Shown in pieces: positions 1 through 13,607 of a stretch of 31,597 nt of DNA. Each line of letters begins with the position of its first letter. Positions within the stretch are counted from its first letter, which is position 1. Under the pieces are notes generated by a model. The model searched no databases and had not been told where the DNA came from. It was given only the letters and a program-made list of their open reading frames with translations. The DNA is from Ancylonema sp. (Eukaryota): positions 62,001 to 93,597 of the forward strand of contig JBFLGF010000058.1 in the NCBI GenBank assembly GCA_050230475.1. Direction: 5' to 3'. Position numbers and translations under genes: made by a program.

Positions 1-96
1 ATCTGCAGCAGACCTGGGATTTGGTTTTTTTTTGGCAGCTTGGGTCATGAGGCATGTGGTAAACGCTTTTCGTACTGTCAATTGCTGTAACGCAAG

Positions 97-195
97 CACC
101 AACTCACCAACTCACCAACTCACCAAATCACCAAATCACCAAATCACCAAATCACCAAATCACCAAATCACCAAATCACCAAATCACCAAATCAC
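97..195. repeat. 8-bp tandem repeat (CACCAAAT/CACCAACT), about 12 copies, intronic
   Basis: Directly visible; lies just upstream of the CAG acceptor at 222-224. Confidence 0.95.
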
Positions 196-224
196 TTACA
201 GCAGTTTCGTCTGTTATGCTCCAG

Positions 225-1660
225 GTCTGTCCTTGCCAGTTTGGAGAGTCCTTTGGGGGACGACAGGAGAATGAAGGCAAGGAGGATTGGAGTGGTGCCT
301 TTCCTCTGCGCTCTTTTCGCGAGTAAGCACGGAGCAAGCAAGCTGCATAAGGAGCACGAGGAGCAAGCTCATGAGGCGGTGAGAAGGCACAGGCAACACA
401 GTCGCCCAGGCGTTTAATAACCTTGCTCCGCTTCTAAGTACCTTTAAACTTCTAAGTGAAAAGTGTGTAAAAAGTGTAAAAATGTTGAGAGTTTCCTCTG
501 CCACTCAGCCACCCTGTCATCCATGTCATACGTCGTCCAGTCCCTCACCCCCCAGAACTATCTCCTTTACTTCATTATTGAACATTGCACCCCTGTCCAA
601 GTCCAGGATCTGTTTCTGTTCTGAAAATAGTGACTGATTGCAGCGCTGCTTCGTCATTGTGCTGCAGGTGGAGCCAGAGGTGAATGCAGAAGTAAACCAA
701 AGGCAAGCTGAGGCCATGATGGTGGAAGCATACGCTGCTCTCCTGCTGGCTTTCTTGTCGCGAGCAGGGTACGAACTTCGATATTCAAACCTCTATAAAG
801 ACACTCTTCGTATCAGCACACCCTCTGTAAAGGCACCGAACTGTCGTAAACGAAATGCAGAAATCCAGTACCCTACTCCCTCTTCAGGCACACCAGCTGT
901 GGAGATACCACCTTTCCCTTTTCTGCCAAGAAAAAACTTTTTTAGAGGTTTGATTATATCCGATTCGCACATCGTGCACGTATCGGCTGTGGCATAAAAG
1001 CTGCCCTGTACTGCCAGCTGGCTGTTTTTTTATCGTTTTTATTCTCTAACAATGCCTCAGTCCTCAGCTTTCCTGCACCGAGTGTTGTGTCTCAGTCGTG
1101 TCTCACGCATGTCATTCTGGGATTTGTATCAGGGGCGACGCACACGCCACCATGGTGCAACTTCTTCCGGGGAACAGCTTGGAAGTGCTGGTCCCGGTTC
1201 TTGAACACTTTTTTGTAAGGGGACCACAATCAAACCTCGATAGAACAAACCAAAAATAATGTTAAAAGGATTTTTGTTAGAGAAATCACGTTTCTCAACA
1301 GAAAACGGCTAGTTTTGTTTTTGAAGTTAAAAAAAAAAACATCAACAAGGGTTTCACATGTTGAATTCTTTCTTATACCGAAGTTTCTAATGTTAGATTC
1401 TCACAGTATCATTGCCCACCAACCCATCAATGACTGGCCGTAGATGGAACACTGTCACTCCTGCAGCAGTCCGCATCCTGCGATCAATTCCCTAATTCTG
1501 TCCACAATGAAAATGGTGTACTTATCTACATACATTCATGCCACTAACATCGGATTCTTGTTGTGCACCGCAGGCATTTCATCAGAGTCTTGGTGCCATT
1601 ACTCCAGACTCATATGCTTCAGCGAAGGCCTTGATTGAAAGCATTAGACAACCTGTATGA
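225..1660 (+). CDS. WAPL: WAPL cohesin release factor, last four coding exons (225-378, 668-768, 1133-1214, 1574-1660); 5' part lies outside the window
   Basis: GT-AG introns with matching phases give ...SVLASLESP..GVVPFLCALFASKHG..EA|VEPEVNAEVNQRQAEAMMVEAYAALLLAFLSRAG|GDAHATMVQLLPGNSLEVLVPVLEHFF|AFHQSLGAITPDSYASAKALIESIRQPV*. This matches the plant WAPL C-terminus as I recall it (MIVEAYxALLLAFLS, LVPVLERFVAFH). Confidence 0.88.
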
Positions 1661-1728
1661 TCAAGCAGTTTAATTGATTTCATGCGTGCGTGCTTTTTTA
1701 TATTTTGAAGGGTCTGACCGATCTGGAT

Positions 1729-2878
1729 CATAGTTGCACGGACCGGGGTCTCGAGGTCCCGACTCCAGACCGTGGTCCGTCCTTCTGGGTAAAAAACCCG
1801 GACCGAGCATTCAGGGTAAAATCGGTTTTTGGGGGTTTTAAGGTGTTTTCCGTAGAGGACAATCTCCGGGAGTATTTTTTTCGCGAATACATTCTATTTA
1901 ACATTTGATAAATATGTCAAGGAAAAGTTAAACCTAATGAATAAGTAATTAAAACGTGCAATGCATAATTGTAGATAGCGTTCTTCACAACTTTTGAAAG
2001 GTATCCCTTTGGAAAATGCTCTAGGTCATTTGGAATGGTTGTGAGTACTCCATATTTTTTCATTTCCCACAGGTTACAATGTAACGCTGAGGTGATGCTC
2101 ATGTGAGGCTCAAAAATATGCTGAGATGATAGGGCACCGTATCATAAAATTTCAAAAAAAAAAAAAAAAAAAAACGACAGCAAACAAACATCATTGTAGA
2201 GTTTTTTTCCATTCTCATAATTTTGTATTCAAACTCCTCTCCACCTCACAATTGCATTCCTCACTTCTCACTTTCCTATTCCATATAAATAAATGGTAAC
2301 TTCCCTATCTATAATTTACTTACCTCATCAAAATAAATCCTTGCCTACAATTCCATACTTCTATGAAACGGAAAAAAAAAACTATCACGACTTCTACACC
2401 CACATTTTTTAATCAATTTTTACACCCATAACACTCTTTACTGTCTACACCACCTTAAATAACCCCCCTCTCCCCACTTCCCACTCCTCACATGTCACTC
2501 CCCGAAGATCTTTCCTCACTCCGAATAACACACAACGATTGTCATCCCGTACGATTGTATGCTATCAGATGGTCAGTTGTAATGCCAAAATTTCAGCTTT
2601 TTGTCAAATTTAAATTTCACCATCTCCATCAATGGCCGGTTGGATATGAACATGCTATTTTTTTTTTTTTTTTTTTTTTAAATTTGCTACAACTTGTATA
2701 ACACACGTGAAAAAAATTGAGGTGCTGAGGAAAAATATTGATACCCCACGTCCCTTTTCCCCGCGGAAATTTGCCAGGCAAAAAAACCCTAGAAGTTCCC
2801 CGGTCCGACCGGGTCCCGACTCGGAATCCGGTCCGACCGCGGTCCAAAAATCCAATGTTGCGGGTCCGTGCAACTATG
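1729..2878. mobile_element. Non-autonomous hAT-type DNA transposon (1150 bp)
   Basis: Perfect 16-bp TIR CATAGTTGCACGGACC / GGTCCGTGCAACTATG. Perfect 8-bp TSD ATCTGGAT at 1721-1728 and 2879-2886. Subterminal GGACCG/CGGTCC-type repeats, no transposase ORF. An 8-bp TSD is typical of hAT. Confidence 0.92.
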
Positions 2879-3060
2879 ATCTGGATTGGCACTGGATTGG
2901 AGATACCCCAATCGGATCGGGCCCCACCTTTTTAAATCTGTGGTTTTATTTTGGGAGCATTAAGCCACTTTGGTGCATATGTTGATTCTCTTTTCACCGA
3001 TTTTCACCTCATGATCGTCGACGTGTGATCGTCGCCGTATAAGATGTTCCTCGACAGGAA

Positions 3061-3093
3061 TCGATCAGGACTCGATCAGGACTCGATCAGGAC
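3061..3093. repeat. 11-bp tandem repeat TCGATCAGGAC x3
   Basis: Three exact copies, with a degenerate copy just upstream. Confidence 0.85.
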
Positions 3094-3340
3094 CAAGTAT
3101 CCTTCGGAGCACATGGTAAACTCGATACGCATGCAACACGTGTACATACGTGCATATTTTTTTATGAAATTTACTTACAACGTCCAAACTTTGGACGTTG
3201 GAGTCCAAAAAATACTTTGGAGTCCAAAGTGTATGTGCAGAGAGAGTATAGATCCCTTGCACGGATCTTGTACGAAATCCGAATGGTGCCGGCTACCATG
3301 AGCGTAGGCATGGGTTATATTGTTGGTTGAATTCAATTGG

Positions 3341-3620
3341 TTGACAAAATGTTGGCACTCTATGGGTGACCACATCATCCAGGTCATTAATAACTGTGAC
3401 GCCTGCAGCCGAGCAAAATCCAATTTCGCTGAAGGACGAAACCACAACCCCTTCCAATCCGGGGTCTATTCTATTGCGGGGGCGTGGACTTCGCTGACCC
3501 GATGCCACGCACCGCTCGAGGCAACACGTGCGTCATGATAGCTATCGAACACTCCACCAAGTGGATCAAGCTCATCCCACTTCCTGACAAGGAATCCAAG
3601 ACAACATCTTATGCCTTGCT
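3341..3620 (+). pseudogene. Isolated Ty3/gypsy integrase fragment (zinc-binding CxxC plus start of the catalytic core)
   Basis: With one frameshift it reads WHSMGDHIIQVINNCDACSRAK..PLPIRGLFYCGGVDFADPMPRTARGNTCVMIAIEHSTKWIKLIPLPDKESKTT. Confidence 0.8.
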
Positions 3621-5074
3621 TGTCAACATCTTACCGCGATAAGATGTTGGTAATGATAATTGAATACTAATACACGAAGAAAAATTACAACGGTATAAAT
3701 TTCTAAGCATGTGCGAAGGAAAATATAACAGATAAGATGTGGACTAGCCATGGCTGTGAAACTAGAGTTGAAGTGACAAGTAATATTCGTCACCAAATTG
3801 TGCAACGAAAATAGTGGCATTAGCGTGTATGATTTCCATGAATGGTGTATCTCCTTCTTAGCAAGCAACAAAAAGCCACGCGTTTTCTTCTCTTTCCGAG
3901 TTAGAGTGCATGCTCCTTATCCCGATGCGTCTTGAGAACAAACCACGTGTGGAGTTGTTCAATCATGAGTGTGGGTCCATATTTTCTTTCGTTGAGGTTG
4001 CAATCGTAGTTGATGGAGATGTAGAGACGCACAAGCACCGTGCTTGTCACTGTGTGGGTTCCTTTGTTCATTCTTGCCATATACTACGAACGAGCGAGTG
4101 AAGATTTGCGTCGGAAATCTTCTGATCGTCGTAGGGAGTTGCTTGGGCTTGTTAAGATTAGGAGACATTGTGGTGTGCTCAATCCAGTAACGATGCGGAT
4201 CATACACTTTGCAAAGCCTAGATATGTGAACACACATTCTTGTAAATGTTGTTGTAATAACATGTGTTAACCCAACAAGCATTTACTTGTTGTGGAGCCT
4301 TATGTTGAACAGTGCACTCAAGGATTTTTGTGTTGTTCCAAGTGATTGTCATGATTGTACTAACTGCACACTTGTTTTTGCTCACTAGTATTGGTGTCCG
4401 TCGGTCATTTTCTCTACATTTATCGAGAGTGGAGAGGAACATAGCCACCGCCGTGGACGTATTGAGGTGGCATACATGGGTTCCACTACATGCGTTACAT
4501 TTAATTTTGACGTTTGTGTCATTCTCCATGTATGTTGTTCTTACGCAGGTAATATGATTGAGGTATGTGTTTTGGAGTTACATGTCTCCGCCACAGTTTT
4601 CCAGACATGTGCTCCAAGGTCTGTGCAGAGGTTAAAAGACAAGGTTTTCCGTGCAACCCAATATGGTCCAATTGTGCTTGCACGTCGGACTTACAAGTGA
4701 GATTCTTGTCAATTTCGTACAGATAATGTGTTTTTTTCCCAAAGAGATAAAATGCTTTCAATATAGTTTGTTTTTGGTGCAAGATTCATGTAGAGTGCCT
4801 CAAAGTATGTTATCATCACTTTATCGAGAAACAAAACAAGCGAACGAAACTCGTGCAGGTGCACGTGAACAAACAATTTTTCAATAACAAATATATGACA
4901 TTGTCGACCCTCTTCGAATCCGACCTCCCACTACGTGCCTCCCGCAAACTTCTTTTTTCCGAATATAAATCATCCAGATTAGGTGGTATTTTCAGCAATA
5001 GAGAATATAGTAGTCTCCACAATATATCATATCATATTCATCCACATTACCGTCTAGGCCCTTGTATGGGGCGA

Positions 5075-5929
<855 letters not shown>

Positions 5930-6552
5930 GAGGTATTGCTTCGCCGAGGTAGTACTGTATACTCCTAGGAATTCACGCGAAGATGGTCGTACTGCAATAT
6001 TTGTGGTTACGACGGTTTGTGAGTTGGCCAAGCGCACGCGTAATCTCCCCTCAACGCTGCCATGGTGTTGTACTCCAAATTTTTGCGTCGTGAAAGGATG
6101 GTCGACCAACGACCCAGAGATGTTAACCTGCGCCAAGTTGGCCAGCTCCCCGTCCCATATCTCTGCATTCAACGCTTTCGATCTTCCCGCTTCCGGTATG
6201 CTTTTACAGTAAACCCTTGATATAGCAACACAGTGTACAATCTCGACAGTGACAACCTGTCTCAATTCATACTTTGTTTCAATCCCGACATTATTAATGT
6301 AGACATGTTCTACTGTACTATAAACTCGGGAGGCCCAGTGAAGCCGTCCGTTAAAACGAGTGGATAGCATACGCGTGTCTTCGCTTCGTCTTTCCCGATG
6401 GAATTTTGGCAACTTCCCTCGAGCGAAAGGCCGCTAGAATGTGAAGCTGAGGGACTCGGCTGCATATCCATGTGCCTTAGCCCTCTCCGGCTTTCACATT
6501 CGTCGGTATAATTGCATCGATCTGCAACGAATCGCCGTATTACCAAAGGACG

Positions 6553-7130
6553 ATGGCAGCCATTGCTTGCTCGCTTATGGTGGCAACTCCGGACGTTGCT
6601 TCTGCCGCGGCTCAGTCTCAAGTGTTTGGACGACGCATGTCCTTGAATGCCGTTGTTCAGAGGCCTATCCTCCGGTCTTCCTTCGCTGTGCGCGCTGCGG
6701 GCCCCAAGGTTCATTTTCATTTTCATTAGCCGCCCCAATGCACGGACTGCGTTCAGATTCCTTATCACAGAGTGCTGCAGGGCTGCGGGTCTGTGGATAT
6801 CAGAAGATTGTAGCGCCTTACTTCAACGCCACTTCTATATGCCAGCGTGATCGCTTCGAAGCCTGCTTTTTCTTCTCGTAATCACAACATCGTGTCTCCT
6901 CAACTGCTGATTTTCAGGTGGATGAGAACATTGCCCAAAAGATTGCTGAAGCGAAAGAGGTCTGCGATTCAGGATCAACTGGGGAGTGTGCTGCTGCTTG
7001 GGATGAGGTGGAGGAGATCTCTGCTGAAGCTGCCAATGCCAAGCAACGCGCCAAGGAGGCCGCCGATCCCTTGGAGGTTTTCTGCGCGGAGAACCCCGAA
7101 ACTGATGAGTGTCGAACCTACGAGGACTAG
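6553..7130 (+). CDS. CP12: Calvin cycle protein CP12, chloroplastic; exons 6553-6708 and 6918-7130
   Basis: Exon 2 has the CP12 hallmarks C-x7-C, AWDEVEEISA and DPLEVFCAENPETDECRTYED*. Exon 1 encodes an Ala/Ser/Arg-rich transit peptide (MAAIACSLMV..SSFAVRAAGPK). Phase-0 GT-AG intron. Confidence 0.96.
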
Positions 7131-10036
7131 ATTATTGGCTGTACATACTGAGTTGTAGGTGGGAGGCAGATCCGGTTGATTCCGAATTTTGAGCCAAGAG
7201 AGTCTCTAAGGGTGGCTTAAGATTATATATGGAGTGAAACTTCTGAAGGGATGGAACCGCAGTCACATTCTGGTCCTTGCCAAAATGTGCAGGAATTTTA
7301 TCATGGGGTTTATTAAACAATGCCACATGATGTCAACTTACAAACTCTCATTCGCGAATAAGATGTGCCTCTTATAACCATGGCCGTACCAAATTCGTGC
7401 ACATCGTGGTGACACGTTATCCTTTGAGTAGGCGTAATAACTGCTTGCACGAGAAGCGTTGTCCATCACTCTTCTATTGAAAATGGCAATCTCCGATCGG
7501 ATCGAGCCCAACTATGTTAACTACATTATCATAGTCAAATCATGAAGACATGTAACGCTGAAGTAACTTTTGGACAGCGCAATTGGGTTTGGCATTTGCA
7601 TTTACAATTTCGTATGCTTTCCTTGCAAAAAATATTCGTCTCAACTCATCATGGTCGGGTGAAGCAAAATTGGTATCACACACTTGCGGTGGATTTTTCA
7701 GTTGTCTAACATGTTTCGGGTCATTTTAAACACCATGTATTGGGCGGGTTGCGGAACATGTGCAACATAAAAGTTGCACGGCGCGGGGCTAACTATGCAT
7801 CTTATAAGGATGGGTCATCGATCATCTTGGGCTGAAGATTGTTTCCAATGATTGCTTGGTAAAAAACGGGAAACAACCACACTTCAAAAAAACACGACTC
7901 GAATGTTCGCAATTACGTTTCAAGGTTTCCAGCAGAGTTCACCAACATACCTCGACTCTCAACAAGCCTATTAGTTGTGTGCGATCATAATCCGTGGACC
8001 TCATGAGACAATCAGACACAAACAATGCTTTGATGGGCAAGTCTTGGTAATCCTCATAAGTATTGAGAAGTAACCATGATGTTATTATGTTCCAATATAC
8101 CGTGATGGTCATACATAATGACCCGGAAAAAAATAATGGGGTGACCCACCCGTTTGACTCAAGCAAACTCTATTTAGTATGCCGTGACCCAAAATTATGA
8201 CCCGAGTAAACGATATATGTGATACCGTTAGCCGGCATGCAAAATAATGACCCACCCCAAAACAACACTTAAGTTTAAACGCATCAATCACATGAGTGTG
8301 AATGCTTAGCGTTGGGTGAAAGAAGCGGCGCGAGTTCTTGACTCTAGATTTCGGCCCTTAAGCGGATTTTGAGAAGTGGAAGAAGATTGTCAATCTTAAA
8401 ATGTATCGTTAGATTTTTTCGCTCATCGTCATGACACGACTCCTTTTGGAAAATGTAGAGATTTCCTAAAAAAATAGACGTGAATGCTATGGAAGTAACA
8501 AATTTTTAGTAGAGGTCGGAGACAAATAACGAGCTGGTAGTGACGCAGTGTGAGTAGTGATTGAGTGTTTGGAGATATTCGTAACATAATTACCCATTCA
8601 AATTTACGATGAGACAACATTCAAATTGTGATTGAAAAGTATTGTATGGTATGCTTCGATTACATTGAATGTATCATAATACCATCCAGAAGGGAAATAA
8701 CACTCGAAAGTTCAATGTAATAAACAGATAACTAACAATTCGTATGTGTTCCCTAACATTGAAAGTAATCATGACTTGTACGTTGTAACTAACATTACTT
8801 TGATAGTTTTGTGTACTGCACAAGATAAAACTATCCACATAATTTACGTCCGACATCTTTTTTACATAGTTTCTCCCCCCAAACTCCACATTACAATGCT
8901 TATTTGTTCCGAAGTGATACACACATTTGCAAAAAGCAAACCGCTCACGATCAATTTGGTCGTTACCGGACCACGATTAAATCTTATGCGACCGGGGTAC
9001 AACCACATGTGTATTTTGATTTTAAAAAGCCAATGAAATATATTTTATGATGTTGACCCACTATGCCGGATTTCGGAATCTATGGCATGACCCACCAACA
9101 AATTATTGAAGTCGACCCGACATTCCCTTTTCATGATTATTTGCGGGTCAATATGAATGGCCAGTACAGGTGCACCAAGTCGCTTGTACATCCAATACCT
9201 AGGTCCGAGACCCGAGCTTGCTTAGGCGGAGGTTGGGTTTGACGTACCAAGGGTTGCCATATATGCTAGTGCCACACAATGCGTGCACTCTCTCTTTCAC
9301 TCCGCCAAGCATCCCAATATTCTTGAAGCTTGACTTTCGTGCTGATGAGGTGCTATCTAGGGTTGTGAAATTACCGTTATTCGGAAATCGCCCCCGTTGA
9401 TACCGACCAGGTTATGCTAATTGCGTAATCCGTAATTTGGCCTAGCATCATTTTACGCTCGGCCAATTCAGATACGAATGGCGAGATGTTGATATGGAGC
9501 CGGGATTTTCAACTCCACAAGTGTAAAAGCCAATAAAAATCTTACGGAAAAAATACACACTCTTGTGTTTTCTATCATCGCACGCGTTGACGCAAAAGTC
9601 CACGAGTAACTTCCCTTACGATTTAAAAAAAAATCATGATCAGATATGCCGAAATCGAATTTGCCTCTTACCGTACATATATTTCCACATTCCCACATAT
9701 GAAAATTGCTATGCATATTTGTGTACGGATAACCGCACCGTGTTTGTACGGTTACACACAAGTAACGCTTTGCGAGGGGTAATGGCGATTCCGGGCCCGT
9801 CATTACCATTAGTGAGTCGCGGTAAATGGTATGGGTAATGACGCGTCAAAATGACGCGCAATCAACCATCAAACGAAATTGTCAGACTAACGTTCACAAG
9901 CCTAGTGCTATCTTGTTGATGAGGATTGTGAACCTAGATATAAGTCCGGATAGGATCCGATCCGGCACCGATCCGGATCGGAGGCGCCGAACATTTGGTG
10001 AAAATCGAAGATTTTTTTTTTGAAGTCCATGTGAAC

Positions 10037-10360
10037 GATAGTTGGTCCCGATCCCTGATCCGGATCGGCGCCGGATTGGACCCGATCCGGATCAGCACGG
10101 GATCGGGAAAATTCCGATCGGGTCCGGCCCATGAAGAAAGGGGGGAGAAAACCCGAAAACACGTTTTTGAGGGTATTTTGGAAAACTCCAAAAAAATGGC
10201 GTGAAAGCTTTTTACGCCACTATCGGTGCCGAGGAAGCTCCCCCCCCCCACCAATTTCCACCTAATGTTCGTCGCCACTGATCCAGATCGGCGCCAGATC
10301 GAACCCGATCCGGATCGGTGCGGGATCGGAAACTTTCCGATCGGATCGGAACCAACTATG
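10037..10360. mobile_element. MITE, probably hAT-related, with CCGATCCGGATCGG subterminal repeats
   Basis: Imperfect TIR GATAGTTGGTCCCGATCC / GGATCGGAACCAACTATG, sharing the CATAGTTG terminus with the 1729-2878 element. Flanking 8-mers ATGTGAAC and ATATGTAC match at 6/8. A further fragment with the same repeats lies at ~9947-9990. Confidence 0.75.
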
Positions 10361-12013
10361 ATATGTACTCAATGTGGAGTGCAACCCCAAAAAAGAGTTT
10401 TTTTTTTCTTGGTTTTTTTTTTTTGTTTTTTATCTCGTTACGATACTATCGGATTTTTTTCGATCCCGTACCGATCCAAGAATCTTGAAGAATCTTGAAG
10501 TTATAATCGGATTTTTTTGGAGATAATTACGGATTTAGAAATACAATTTCTACAGCATTTCCTTATTTGGGAATGAAATTCAAATGATCCGCCCCTATAT
10601 ACACCCACATGTGGGTACGTATATAACGTACTTTTCAACGTCTCAAGGCACGTAGCCGGCACTCATAAAAGTCGCGATATCTCGCAAGGACACGTTCTTG
10701 TCGTTATTCAAGGTCTTATTTTGTCGTTTAGGGCATCCACGGAATTTCCCATATCGTGGGAGTTTATCGCCCGGTAATGAAGTTTGTGACGTCGTAAATG
10801 TCGCTCGTGCAAACTTGTGTCGTTTCGCTAATGCCTACTTTATCGTGTAGCCCGTTTCACCACATCTGGAGTTACAACTAGGTGGCCAAAGATTTCCCGT
10901 AAATGATACCTAAATCGAGGTTTACTAATGAGTTTTGAGTTTTGAGTTGCTTTTTCTACCTACCGTAAATGGTTTCTGTTTTTGAAAATTAATTAATCTA
11001 TTCATGATTCGTAAACATAATGCGAGGAACCCGGTAGTTGTCATCGATGATTTCTGGCATATAATTTCGGGAAACCTACATTAAAAAAAACAAAAAAACA
11101 ATAAGAATTCCAATAAAAAGTAGTGAATTTTAGTGAATGGTTCTATTTTTAAAAATTGTTATAAAAAGTGATTGATTTCCGATTTAAGTGAGTGATATAT
11201 TCAGAATAATTTACGGTGCCCAGTACGGTATTTATAACAAAATTTAATGATTACTTATTTAAGAATTATTTAGTGCGCAGAGTACGTTGTTTCGCGCCGG
11301 TGTCGGATACTTTCATTTCTAAAACTTGAATGGCAATATATGTAGTATAAATAGTAAGTCTTGCTAGATTTGCATTCAAAATAGTGCGAAACGCTTCACG
11401 TACGCCTCGCTAATTGTTGCCACTTTTACCACTCATACCACGCTCTTAGGAAATTGCTCAAACATGTATACAATAGCAACTTAACCAAGAGTTGCAATTA
11501 ACTCCCCAACCCAAAGGCTAGACGCCAATACAAGACAAAAGAGGTTACTAGAGATGCCAACGATAAAATTGCACTTGCTCTTATAACAGAAGCAAAGAAA
11601 GGTCATACCTATCGCACCATCGTCCTACCGCCTACATATCTATTGTATCCTATGACGAAAATTGTCGTACGGTACGTACAACGTATTTCTAATCGGGCGC
11701 TCCTGGCAACTCGAGACTATTTTAGGTTAGGATCGAAAAAAGAATTTACTCGAGCATATTTTACGAACCTACCCGATTCAACGGGGTCGTACACGATCCC
11801 AAAAGCATATTCTTGTTGAAATATAAGAATCAAAAGCACGACAGATTATGAAAGATTTATGTAGAACGATTTTTATGGGGTAGTGCACGATAGGTTGGGT
11901 ATATCACGGTACAATAAGGTAGAATAGGGTAGAATATGATATTATACGGGTTATCCGGGATTTTAACTTCATATCCTAGGTCGGATAAGGGTTTTAGCCT
12001 CTATACACATGTG

Positions 12014-12137
<124 letters not shown>

Positions 12138-12786
12138 TGTCGTAACGCTAGGGATCGGTAGCTTATAGTGGATACGCCCCCGTTGTAGCCGATTGGTTAG
12201 TGGCTCTCCGCTTTAGCCGGGCGTTATTTAATATATTATAGGAGGTTACATGTTTACACGTGTATCGTGGGCCTGTAAGTCGGATCACGTCCGCTGGCCG
12301 TTCTGATTGGCTTAGGGTAGATTTGATTGTAAAATTTACGTTCCTAGAGTTAGGCGTTGATTTCGCACGTGTGGGGGTGCCTCGCCCACTGCACTAGAGA
12401 TAGGCCAGGAAGTAGCGTTGTACCATAACTTTCTTGATAACTTCCTGGAACCTCTATCGTCGCCTCGCACGTGCCTTGCCTTGCTTTGTGCTTGATACCG
12501 CTGCGTTGTGTTGCATTTAGAGGTTGGCAGGATACCCACTAGCCGAACAAATCGCCAGCTCACGGCGCATTTGGACAACCAAGGGCTCCATTGCCTTGGA
12601 TAGTTTATCAAGAAAGTTTCTTCTACCAGCTGGGTCTGCTTAGGCACGAATCCCACACGCTGCGCACATGACTGCTGAATGTCATGGCGACGTAGTGAAG
12701 GTGGCCGTCTAGGTCGTAGCTTATCAGACAACACTCTGACGTCAAGACCCGAAGGTTCGCGGTCTGGCTCCCCAGTTGACGAGACA
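12138..12786 (+). mobile_element. Candidate unpaired LTR
   Basis: Begins TGTCGTAAC directly after the microsatellite; possible end GTTGACGAGACA is an imperfect inverse of the start. Contains two ATTGG boxes and a TATA-like run. No partner LTR, TSD or PBS found. Confidence 0.3.
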
Positions 12787-13143
12787 AAGACTACATCATT
12801 CTTTGCAATCTGTGTGTGTGTGTATATTTGATCTGATTCATATGAATCTGTGGCTGTCGCTCTTTTTGAGCTAGCTTTGATAATCGATTGTAATTTCTTA
12901 CATCGATTCGCTGACGCTCTCTCTGAGCCAGCAAGCGTGCGTGTGTGTGTTAAACATCTGTCGATTTGCCCGCGTTCGCTCCGAACCGGCACTTTCATTT
13001 GTGTGTGTATGTGTGTGTTTGTTGTCGCTCGCTCCGAGCTAGCATTTTTTTGTAAACACCTGTCTGCTGACGCTCTTTCTGGGACATCATCTTTTATCGA
13101 CGCGCCGTCGATACTTTGCTTTCGCACCGAAAGTAACTCTTAC

Positions 13144-13607
13144 TGTCAGGACCCTCGCTACAGTCACTAGGGCTCCTTAGCGAGGTCCCCACACTTAGCG
13201 CTAGAGCGCTACTAGCTCAGTTTCCTCTTTAGCGAGTTCTGTCCCTATAGAGTGGGAGTTGTGTCCCTAGCGGCCGCCTGGCCCATAGGGAGTATTCTGG
13301 TGTGTCCTTAGCTCAGGCAGTTGTGCCGTTAGCCAGACTTGATGTGTCCTTATCATATTAGTGTGAGTTATCCCACTTGTAGTCGTGGTTCAGACTTCAG
13401 CCAGTTCCTATATCTAGTCGATAGGAATGCCTTTAGAGCATTCCTATCAACTCATGTATTTGCCCCTTCCGATTATTATCACCACCATTTCCCATCGGCT
13501 CATACCATCTCCTCATTCCCTCTCATTCCTTCGGCATTTCGCCATCTTTCCGCTCGGTGCATATTGCAACTTGCTTGCTAGGGCGTATTTTGCATCCGTC
13601 CCTAACA
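13144..13607 (+). mobile_element. Solo LTR of a chromovirus-type gypsy family
   Basis: TGTCAGG...CCTAACA termini and a 5-bp TSD CTTAC (13139-13143, 13608-13612). The first ~40 bp closely match the LTR starting at 30476. Confidence 0.9.

Noticed and set aside
97..195. Possible CRISPR-like or telomeric array
   Set aside because: There are no spacers, the 8-mer is not the plant telomere repeat, and it lies within a WAPL intron.
2154..2679. Poly-A and poly-T tracts suggesting a retroposed insert
   Set aside because: They are internal to the hAT element, with no TSD or SINE features.
9403..11984. Possible large TIR element (CCGACCAGGTTATG ... CATATCCTAGGTCGG)
   Set aside because: The inverted match is short and imperfect and no TSD was found.
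12336..13127. 263-aa minus-strand ORF
   Set aside because: No recognisable domain, a non-ATG start, and it is built partly from short repeats in LTR/UTR-like DNA.
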